Of a stretch of 64,000 nt of DNA, positions 10,601 through 22,600 are shown in pieces. The translations under genes were made by a program, and so were the position numbers. Within the stretch, counting starts at the first letter, position 1. Every line of letters starts with the position of its first letter. The notes beneath the pieces were generated by a model that worked only from the letters and a program-made list of their open reading frames with translations, had not been told where the DNA came from and did not search any database. Source of the stretch: Ascidiella aspersa (taxonomy: Eukaryota). The stretch spans positions 6,758,001 to 6,822,000 of the forward strand of contig OZ004615.1 of the NCBI GenBank assembly GCA_963924565.1, written 5' to 3'.

Positions 10601-13600
10601 AAAGTTTAGCTTTTTATCAAAATGTTAAATCAGGCAAAAGCCTACAACACCCGGTATTCCCAGGCGGTCACCCATCCAAGTACTAACCGGGCCCGACGTT
10701 GCTTAACTTCCCAGATCGGACGAGATGGGGTGGATTCAACGTGGTATGGTCGTAGGCGAAGGGTTTTGTTAAAGCTACGCATTTATCCGTTATGTCGTCA
10801 CAAAGCCAGACGCTCGAAGCCTGCGCTATAAAGGCTAAGCGTGAACAGGTAACTTCGCCTACGACCATACCACGTTGAATCCACCCCATCTCGTCCGATC
10901 TGGGAAGTTAAGCAACGTCGGGCCCGGTTAGTACTTGGATGGGTGACCGCCTGGGAATACCGGGTGTTGTAGGCTTTTGAGCATTTTGAGGGTTGTATTG
11001 ATTGGTTTCCAGCAAAACATTTTTTTGGAATATCACTACTTCGGTTATGGAGAGTTTATATTTTGTTTATTAGTTTGGCCGTTTAATTTACATCGTATTG
11101 CATCGTGTTTACATAATTTAACGGAGAGCGGCAAAGCAATTTCAAAATAAAAACTTTTACACAAGGGGCGGCCAACAACGGCTACGGCTAGAGAGCGGTA
11201 TTTTTTTTAGAACCTTTGCTTGATTTACCTATTACCGGTACTGACATGTCTGACTTAAGCTACGACAGCTTGCCTTGATTGCATTATTGAAAAAATCCTC
11301 CCGTGTGAATAACAATTTGTATTAATATAGCCTACTCAATATTGTTAATATTCAACATTTACAACCCATTTAGCTGGCCAAAGGTAGGCCTGTACCCGTA
11401 ACGTGATACAAGTCCCAAACATTGACGTCACAACTTACTCAAGAACGGCCATCATGTCCTTGACCTCCAGGGTGCCAGGGTCGTCGGCGGGGGCTAAGAG
11501 GGTCCGGTCGCCCCTATCGGACGAGCCCCTGCCGTCCACATACACAGATATCACCCCGTCATTGGTTGTCATGTACTCGCCGAAGCCCAGACGAAAACGA
11601 AAGTCGGCGCTCTGACTCTCTAGCTCCCCGCTGCGGAAAATATTAATTTACTTTATTTTAAGATTTGCTTTTAAGATTGCTTTCGTTGAATACACTGTTG
11701 CTGCCAGGCAATTTATCAATCGCAAAATTTATCTTCCCGGAAAACGAAATATTTACGGTTCTTTACCAGAACATTGTTGCGAATAATTTCTCTCGTTGTT
11801 TTGACTGGAGCAACCGAACAATTACAGTCGTATAATAATCGACTATGTTGAGGTGAAGTAAATATATCCAATTGTAATCCAATTAGTGATTACAGCCTGT
11901 GTGCTCAAATTATTTAGTAAAAACAGTTATTGTTAATATCAAAAGAGACGGTGTCTTTAATCAGCGCAAACCGACCTCATTCTCAACAGGACGACGTAGT
12001 AATGTATGAACTTTTTTCAGGTGGCATTGAATTATTTACTAATCGTATTTAACACAAACCAACAACTCCATACAGAATCGGAATAGCATCGATCACAAGC
12101 GCAATTAACGCAACACCGGCTTAGAATCCTATAGTTATAATTTTACAAAATATCGGCCCTTTTTAGACCGCATTGGTATTTAGCTTACATCAGCAGTAGG
12201 CTACAACTTACACGTGGATTACGACGGGACGCTTGACGATCAGCTGCGATGGCGGGAGAAGAAATTTGAAGTTGATTTCTACGAGAAGACAAAATTGAAA
12301 ACTTGAACCTCTATTTTTGGCAGTTTTTGCGACTAAATTCTGTGGGTGGTTTTCACAGAAACCCAAAAACAGTTTACCTTTATTGTCTATACGGTAATTA
12401 AAGAGTATTGTACAGTTTGCCTACCCCTAAATAACCCTTCAGGTCGAGAAAACCAGGTTTAGACTGTATCGTAAAATGTAATCAAGTCAGTCATTTTTTA
12501 AGACATAAGGTTACGTCAGATGTTATAGTTCTGCATTACGAAACATTATCGCCATTTAAAACCAAAGCCACATTTAAAATTGGGCTAACCTTTCAAAGAG
12601 TTTAATTTTTTTGATACACATTCAGCGGAGAAACACTTATGCTGACGTGTTCGATATTTGACTCATAAGCTTGTTTCTTATATTTCCTCTGCAATCGAGT
12701 GTTAATGTTTTCAAAATCCGTACAAAACACAATTTGTTTTCTACTAAAGCGTGTCGAGAAAGCCAACGTACTTCCGTTACTCGTTTGTACAGAACCGCAT
12801 CGAAAGAATGTTGTCAAGTTCCGAGTCGTTGTGTTTGCGAGTTGGCTATACGAGTTAAGTAGACGAGTCTGAGTTATTTCCACATCTATTGCACTGGTCG
12901 CGACTGAATTACCGAGTTCAGCGACCGACGAGTAGGGGACCATAGGGCCTGTAGGAAAAGAGGGATTTTTTTTTAGTTTTAATTTTTACTAAATAAAAGT
13001 AAAATGTTGCGTATCGGGTGAATGTGCAGTGACAGTATTCTGCCCATTGGCCCAAAAGTAGACCGGTAATCATTCAAGTGTCAGTAAGTGTTCGGACCAA
13101 GTGCTCAGAAAACCATTCTCCATTCAAGGAGCTGGAGTTGCCACTTGGTTGGAGGTAGGGCCAGACTTAAACTGCGCATCGGCAGAAAGTTAACTTTTTT
13201 AGCTTCAGGTTACGGTGTAAGTGTTAATATCTAAAATGGAGGTTAAAGTTTAATATTTACTGCCCCAAAACAAATTCGGCTTTACCCAGAAAAATGGCAG
13301 GATACTAACCGCAGAAAATCGTTCTACAGTCGTTTTACGTGCAAAAAAAATGTCTTATGTTAAGTATACAGTAAAATATGGATTTCGCATAATTCGAATT
13401 GCGATTTCGTTCCGCAAATAACGACTTTGCTTGTTTTTGTTAGTTTAGAACAGCGGTTCCCAAACTTTTCTAAAAAATTTGCCTGGCGGACCCATTGCAA
13501 TTATTTTGATATTTCGCGGCCCTATAAAATTTCAAGGGTCAGTCGACCCATATTTCCTGTAATACACTAGTGCAGTCACGGTTCTTTCTAATGTAACAAC

Positions 13601-16600
13601 CTTCCAACTCAGGGTGGTCCACGGTTGACGGCATCGCGGGCCACAATATTTCTTGCATATTCTTTGCGGGCCACATAAAGTAGAATAAATAAATGCGTAC
13701 CAGAAGCGGATCAACGTTTTTCGTTTGGTCGAGGCATGAAATGTTTAATGATAACGTCACAAAGTAACATGGAAAGACAGATACGCTCCAGAAACTTTCT
13801 TCTGTTGTCGTACTTGTGCGCAAATAAAATCGAATGTTATGAGACTGGGAAAACCGGTGTGCGCGAAGCTCGAAAAATTTGCGTACTTGACAAAAATTTT
13901 AATTAGAAGACTGCATTTTATAAGCGTAGAATGTTCGCGTAAACGAGATGTTATCATTTCGCGCAAAAAGGTTTAATTAGCCAGATATATTTGGCTAAAA
14001 TTGCAGCTGGGCTTGGACCACCCTGTTCTAACTAATGCGAACGATTCGCTGATAGCAGGTAGTACAGCATAATAGATGCTATATGATATCACAATAGACA
14101 TCATAAAACACGCTATATTATCGAATAATAAAGCATAACTAAAGACAATAAAGATGGCAGATAATGTTTAAAACATAGACTAATGTTTAGGCACTTAAAA
14201 GACTAATTCTCCTTGCGGACCCTCCGAAAATGCCGTACGGATCCCATTTGGTCCGCGGACCCCAGTTTGGAAACCGCTGGTTTAAAACAATGGTTCTTTG
14301 CAATCCCTTATGATGGACATTTAACAACAACACTTCATGTACCCCAGTCATTTTTGTCAAAAGTCAAGTCAAAAGCCAGGTGTCAGTTCAGAATCAAGAA
14401 ACATTGTTTCAAATTCAAACCTAACTTGAAGTTTCGAATTTAAAAATGTGATGCGAAAAGCCTTTAAAAGGTTGAAAACGGATCGCAAGAAATGCCTGAA
14501 ACGTGAATATAATACTTAGTTATCCGATAGGCACTGGACGCGTAGTAAAAGGCCTATTACAACCTGTATTAGGGTGTTGGTTCCTATCCCAATATCACCC
14601 GACATCCCTATAGCTCGTACGCAAAACCCAGTTCTCGAAGCAACTCACCCAAACAGTGCAATAACAACCAGCTCGACGATTCTCCAAACTTGGCGTCGTA
14701 GTAGAGGCAGGGCTCGGCCCAAACCGGCGCCGGACCTTTCTCGGTGGCACCGCAAAGGTCCCGGTTCCCGTCCGGACAAGTCAGGCACTTTCGTAGGGGC
14801 CGGGCGCCCACCGACACCGCATAGACGTGGCGCTCGCGTTCGTCCGCCTCGTTGCTGACGTAATAGACGAGGCGCTTTGTGACGTCATAGTGAAGCAGCT
14901 TGCTGACCTCCCAGAGGCCGTCGGTGAGAAATCGCTGGAAGGGAGGTTTCTACGGCGAAAAGTTTTTTTTTCTCGTTATATGTAAAAACAAACTTGCCCA
15001 CACAGACAATGCAACGAAGTTATGGTTTTCATGGTTTCGAATTTCCATTGTATGAGGTTAAGAAGTAAAACTATTTGTAAAAAAGGCAACAATGACTTTA
15101 CCATAAACATTTAACTGAAGCACCGAATCGGCCTTAATTGCCCAGATAAAACTGCTAATTACCAAAACTAAGTGATGGGTATAGGTTTTATTCAATACTT
15201 GTGAAAGACTTTACAGTTTAAAAAATCCGAAGGTACATAACCTGCTTCAATCAGAACATAAAAATGCTCAAAAGCCTACAACACCCGGTATTCCCAGGCG
15301 GTCACCCATCCAAGTACTAACCGGGCCCGACGTTGCTTAACTTCCCAGATCGGACGAGATGGGGTGGATTCAACGTGGTATGGTCGTAGGCGAAGGGGTT
15401 TGTTAAAGCTACGCATTTAGCCGTTATGTCGTCACAAAGCCAGACGCTCGAAGCCTGCGCTATAAAGGCTAAGCGTGAACAGGCACCTACGCCTACGACC
15501 ATACCACGTTGAATCCACCCCATCTCGTCCGATCTGGGAAGTTAAGCAACGTCGGGCCCGGTTAGTACTTGGATGGGTGACCGCCTGGGAATACCGGGTG
15601 TTGTAGGCTTTTGGCCGATTGACAGTTTAGGGTAGTACATTGCAATTGTACGAGACAATTTTTGAACATTTAACAAAAAACAAACAACTTTTTTTAATTT
15701 GTAAATAGCTTCTCTATCAAATATAAGCCTTTGTATTGGATCTGGGAAGAGCGAATATTGTAAAACCAGTTACTTCATACAAATAAGATTTTGCTTAGCA
15801 GGTCCCTTGCTGATTTTTTAAAGATTAACTTGTCAATATTATGCAAACCGCGCAAATATCAAGATTCCTGCAACATTTTTGTGGCAGCCTTAAAATGCTG
15901 AGAGCAACTACGCGTTGATAAATTAACCCGACGCTCCCAAACCGGCTTACCATTGTGTAGTTGACCATTAGAATGTGTCTGTACCGCCCGTTGTTGCCGT
16001 GGTTATACGGAGCAATGTAGAAGAATACCCCGGGATGGTCAGTTGTCAGGTAAGGTTCATTCTGTGTAAGAGGTGTTAGTGGTTTATGATTAACATACCA
16101 ATCGACAGTCTAGTTGCATACGAGTTTTAAGCCTTATAGTGAGTATATAGTTGACTACACCATCTTATTTTTAAACCAGTATGAAACTTTTAGGTTTTAA
16201 AAAGCTTATGTCCAGCAATCCAACCAATGCAGTACTCTGGCAATTTAGTATTATTGCCATCTACAGATGTTTAGAAAACGATTTAATTTGCATAGCAAAC
16301 CTGCCCTTATCGAAAAGTCCGCTGCTACATTGCATGACAAAAGTGTACTAAATTTTAAGGTAATTAGAGCAAAAAGCAACGACTTACCAGGTTCGGAATC
16401 CATCCGCCAGGGGTCTCTAGAGAGGACTTGACCTTGAGAATGTCATCCACGCACGTGCTCATGGTTGGGTAGCATTGTTGCGTCACACTAACGGTCTGCG
16501 TGCGGTTGGACCACGTGATCAACAGGGCTTCGTCATTTCGCATCCACGTGACTGCCTGGAGGGTGTCTAGGCGCTCTCTGTGTGATGTCATAAGAAAGGT

Positions 16601-19600
16601 TTTGAGACACATCATTAGTAGAATGGACAATAACTCTTATCCTTTAATTGACCCACGTCATAAAGTAGCACTCCTGAATTGTTGTTTGTAAAAAAAATAA
16701 TAAAAATGAGTTCTAACGCAGTTCGAATGTTATCTCAGCGACAGGTGGCAATTGACAAGCAAAACGAAGCTAGACATAATCATTTTTTTTTAATATTGAA
16801 CGCATTCGTAGCCCAAAATGCTTTTATAACCAGCTAAAAATCACTATTTGTTAAACGTGCTTTGTGCCATAAAAAAGTTCAAATAGGAAACGTACAACCT
16901 TTAAACCCCTCTTAAAAACGACTTGTTTACTTTTACATTTAACAACTAACCTGTCAACTAGGGGCCGCACCAGAGTGACCTTGTTCAAGGTTATAAGGTC
17001 AACCACGTGCATCGTCACGGTTGGATTGTGGTAGCCAGGCTGAAAAAAAAGTGGATTGTAACAAACTTATAACGATTACTTTTATAAATAATGTAAAATG
17101 AAGTAACACGTGTAACAAAACGTTTAAAGCCATTAATTGTCACAAAAACGCCTAATCCATTCAATGTTTTACGCCTTCGAAGAGAAATATTTTTCACGCT
17201 TTTAATTAAACACCTTTCCGACAACCTTCTATTTTGTGGTCTTGCAACGTCCAAATCGGCTCGACTTGATAAAACGTACCTTTGCGTATCTCAACGATTC
17301 GATAGCTGGGTACACCAGGGACTTTCTCCCTGCGACGTATGACGTCATCTCTTGTTGGGGTACAAGGGAGTCGTCGAAAGTGGCGAAGGCCAAGTAGCGG
17401 CCACTTGGAGACCACCAGTGGGCAATGTGCGTCTTCAAGATTTCTTCTACAATAAAAAAGGCAGCTTGATATACTAAGACTTTAATCTTTGATTCTTGCA
17501 TATTGAAATACGAGCCTATAGACACTGCGTCAGTCGCTCATCCTTGAAAGTGAAAAATAGTAATTGCTACAAATATAGGAACGAATATCAAAGACACAGT
17601 GTAGACTGTTGACGTTGTATACAGCACATTGTAAATCTTCTCATCACAAAGCGTACATTTTTAGGGTGCTCAACTTTACATATTTGGGTGCACGCGAAAC
17701 AAAACGAAATTTTAGTTGTGAAAACCTGATTCTTTATAACCTTCGAAACACTCCTTGGCAAAGTTATTTTAATTTGGGATTACGATCGCAGACCGGCAGA
17801 CTTCGAATATGAAGTCATTGTTGCCGTTACAGTTGTTATTATTATTATCCGTCAGGCCGCGTTTTGCGCAACGGCGAGCCTTTATGGCTTCCCGAGGGAC
17901 AGAAAGCAATTCGAAACTCATGCTTTTTTGAAGTTTTGGGACCTTGGGCGCACTTCTGACTTGCGGCATTGATTTGACTGATGGTCGATCAATGGGCTTT
18001 CGCCCATCTCCGCCAAGGAAATTGATCGGCGGGAGGGGCGCGGAAATCAATGTTTCCACAAACCAACTAGCCACAACTCTTGATTTGCACTTAGCAAATA
18101 GAATATTATGTTTGATTTCGGAACTTATGCAGACCGTTGGCCTCTTTAAGACATTTTAAATTTACAATTCACGTTGACGGGTCATCTCTTAAGTATAATC
18201 GGTGTCAAGGACACAGAGGATATACAAACAAACACCTGTCAAATCAGGTGTAAAAAACAGTCACAGACAGAGTAAAACGTAATAAAAAAAATTCATGAGC
18301 ACAACGAGGCATCTAAAATGAATAAATAGCCTTAAAAATAAAAACCAAACTTGGCCCTTATGAAAGACAAAGAAAAGTGCGCCGAGCATATTTAAGGTTT
18401 ACCTGATTACCCTATTTAGAATTACACGGCTAATTACAAAGATTGAACACATTCAAAGAGCTTATGCTGCAGTTAAAGAATCTATAGCCGTGGCGTTTGG
18501 GCATGGCATTAAGCACATGTGCTCTAAACGTCGTACGATGACAAACAGCAAATAAAAGCACCACACCTTCGTAAAGCCAGTCGGCTATCCCGTTGGTGAC
18601 CTGTCCTGGAATCCCGTTACCGGTCAACGCTTGTGACTCGGCATGTACGCTCTTGCGGTAGAAGATGTCGCCTCCGACGATGTAAATTAATTGGGTGCGA
18701 TTTGGCCCGAAGCCGGCAAACTGGAACCCGGCTTTCGAGTTGTTGTGAATCAGCTGCCTTGGTTTGCTGCGAAGAAAGCCGTATATATTTTAAAGAAGGG
18801 GTTCTTTACCTTTTTGTATGTTTTACCCTATTAACAAAGATGAATATCAGATTTATGCTCAATATATAAAGTGGTGCTCATTTAATAAAAAAAACGTAAG
18901 TAACAAGTTACAGCAGTTATATTCAGTGCGACGGCTGCCCTTGCGTTTTGGCAACGAGTTTTTTCAATGTCTTAGAAAGTAGTAGGTAGTGCACAACGAA
19001 TATCAGATTTAAGTCGGTTTCGTTCTTTAGATTTAATAGTAAGCAATGCAGAGAAGCCGCTTCGCATAGGTTAGTTAAAGAAACGAATCAGAATATTCAG
19101 AGCTTGAATGCCTATCCTTGGATTTACCAAAACGATGAAATTTATCCCCTGGGGTAAATTTACCCCAGGTTAAGAAGGGCTATTTAAAGCCTTTGTTTCG
19201 CCTTTGGCATGCGAATAATTTTAGATTTACTCGACGAAGGTCAAGACTTCCCGAAAACGATATTCACAATTCGAACGAATAATTAATGAGACAACTAGAG
19301 GTTCTCGTGAGACTTCGGGGATTTCTGCTGATTTATCGGTGCTCAATAAACTTGCGGAATATCTGGTACTGTAATAAATTTCAGGATATTTATAGAGTTT
19401 ATAAATATAGTTCTGGGATTTTTCCGATATGTAAATAACGTGGAAGGTACCTGATTGTACTAAATTTCAAGACATTTTTAGAGTGTTTTATAATTTGAAG
19501 AAATCATAAAAATGATTTCATTTTATAAAGATTTTCCTATACAGCAGTTTAATAATAGGGATTGCTGACACTATACTGCGAAACAGGTCGATATTTTCCT

Positions 19601-22600
19601 CGAATCAGGCCTATATATACATGCTAACTGAACGCATATAGATAACAATAAGGAGGGTCAAATAGGTTCACTGTCTACTGATCGATTGCTACGCTTTGAC
19701 CATTGTTTAGGACTTAATGCGATGCGGGTTCTTCTTTCTGAATATTTGATGTCAAACTGCGTATCGTGAAGGATACATGGTGCTGACGTAAATCAGTAGG
19801 AAGAACAGTTTGGTGGCAAGCAGGATTTAAAGGTTTGATTTGGTTGACCGCTAAGTAGTTTTAAGAGACCGCAAGTGTTTCATTTAAATACCAAAAAGTT
19901 GCAAGTCCAAAATTTGGGAAACCGCTGGATAAAGCACTGGCGCAAGTAACGCAGTTTTGTAATAAAAACGGTATACCAGCAATCCAGCATATAGGGATAT
20001 CCGGTATCATCGAATCAGAACCGGTACCTGATGCCAAGTGCTAGTATCGGTACACCTGATACCAAATAAAAAGAGGAATTTCATGATTTTCGATATTAAC
20101 GAAGCGATTCTATTGAAAAAAAAATGTTTTAAAAAGTAATAGGTTTGCAACTCTAGGTAACCCAACTTCCCAACCCTAAAGCAAATTTCGGCTTGAGAAC
20201 CTGGGAAAAAGACCTTTAACAATATTTCATATGTTTCGCTTGTATCAGCAAAGGAATTACGTCATTGGGTGTAGGATCGGATTGTGATACTTTTTGTCTA
20301 AAATGTTGAGCATCGGTATCGGCATTGAATGTAAGCTATCAAACATCCTTGCCAGCATGCATTACGCATATTACGTGAATATCGAATGCATAAAAAAGTT
20401 GAATCAATGACAGGTTCTGTTTACCGAAACCGTTGTTTGCCCGTACCAACACCAAACAGGATGTCAATAAACAGCCGTCAGTTAGCTGAATTTAACACAT
20501 ACAAAGGAAACGGGGCCGAAAATCTCCCCTAAACCGTTTACGATGGATGTTTTGCAAAAAAATGAACGCGGCTGCCTCATTTTAAATGCGTTTTAAATTG
20601 TGCTGGTGATTTCCACCAGAGATGCGAATGTGCGTGCGATTTGCATCAATTTAAATCACAAAAGGAGGGACCGTATATTGATTCCTGAGGAAATAAGGCC
20701 ATCAGCGCCAAGGAACGGTCCGGCGGTCTATTGATCGAGGAAGGAAATACAAGATGGACATCCAATTGCGTGCACTGAATAATTCATTTTCGGACGACGA
20801 TGTCCGTTCGCGAGTGGCCCGCGGTGTCGCGATTTTCGACAGGCTCGTTGCTTTTCGCTTTGAAAACGTGTTTTTATGCATGTGCCGATCGATCCCCTAA
20901 CGCTGTAATAACTTTGAGGGTCGTTTAGATGTTGTGTGCGGAAACAGTGTGACAGTATGGTAAACAAGTCGTTTGACTCAAGTCCAAGTCAAGTCATTTT
21001 TAACGGAACTTGAGTCTAAGTAAAGTGAAGTCAAGTCCCATTAAAGGGTTAATGAGAGCAAGTCAAGTCATAAATAGAGCAAGTCAATTTCAAGTTAAGT
21101 CCAACTAATGGCTAAATTATTACAATTGATTAACTCGTCCAATTTAACTAAAAAATATCACGAAACGCAACATATAGCAATGCCTTCTTCCCGATAGGGA
21201 TACCAGCCACGTAGCACGAATATAAAAACTAGAAGCCATTTAAACGACTTTAACATAAAACTTGCAGTTTATATTGGCGAGAGAATAATGGCTTGTAATT
21301 TTCTACATAAATAATAAAAATCGTAAATACGAGCTTGAATTAAAGGGACTATTGGTTTTTAAGAATTGCAACCTTTTGGTTCGAAACACTAATTCCAACA
21401 CATAAGAAACTCAAAACGGCCGAGAAATATGCGACGAAATTTGACATTGTTACTTGTGCTTCGTGTCGTAGATGAAGTAGGAAGCGTTGTATTGTCTCGC
21501 GGTGACCTTCTGCTGGTTGTAGGAGAGAAGGGCGAACCTGAAATCGGCCGACACGTCGTAGCTGCTTATTGCGTAGTCGGACTGAAACAAAAATCACCCC
21601 AAAATAAATTGGTTAACATGTTGATTTCAAGTTGGTACACTGTGCATGAAGAGAAGACAGTATTTTGTCTGAAATATCGTGTGTCGGTATCTGAATATAC
21701 GATGTATAGCAAATCCCTAGTTTGGTATTGACTAAAAGCTTTAACATTTAATCTTACTGCAACAAACACCAAAGGCAGTAAAATTGCGCACATTGTAAAT
21801 CTAATTATATTAGTATGAACACCAGGATAATGTGATCGATATGTACAATTTTTAGTCTTAAATTTGATTAAGTAGTCTTAACACTTGTTAGTCAAATTTT
21901 ATAGGTAGTCGGTGCAGTCTACGGTCGAATGTGTTGTTATAGAAAAATGTCTTCAAAAACCCACGTTTGATGTGTTGCTTTAGCCGCCATTCAAAATAGC
22001 AACCTTAAAAGACCGGATCAAAATAATTATTTTCCGCCAACCGATTCCAATATTAATGGGCTTCGTGCATAATTAACACACAGATATGCCGAGATAAACG
22101 GATTCAAAGCATTATGCAAATTGGTCGTAGAAACAGCTTAACTTTCTCGCGTTTCGAAATTGGATTCGACAATTTTTTACTTGATGTAAGCGCGCCATAC
22201 AAACCATTGGACTGATCAGAGAAAACAATGTATATTAAGGAAGGTAGGTTTAAATGTTAAAGTGCAAGAATATTCGCTAATTTGTTTGGTTAGTCATAAA
22301 ATATACAAATTACAAATACAGTCTTATATTATATTATAAAATAAGACAGGACTTTAGCTGAGCAGAGCAATAACGTCAGTACTCATGCTGTTCTAAATAA
22401 ATGTTAATAACGTTAAAAGTAATAATATAGAAAACGTCAAACCCTACTACTAAGTCAAAACCAAACGTTCAGCACATTAAAATTAACTTACCATTTTTTC
22501 GTTGGCCAGGATGATTTTTGCTTCGCTTTCGGGTGACGTCAGCTTCATAAGATCGCCCTTTTCATCTTTCCAGATTAGGGCCCCGCTCATCCACTTTGCG

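Noticed and set aside
10622-10889. ORFs 10622-10831, 10683-10889 (and 15317-15523)
   Set aside because: They are translations of 5S rRNA cassettes, not proteins.
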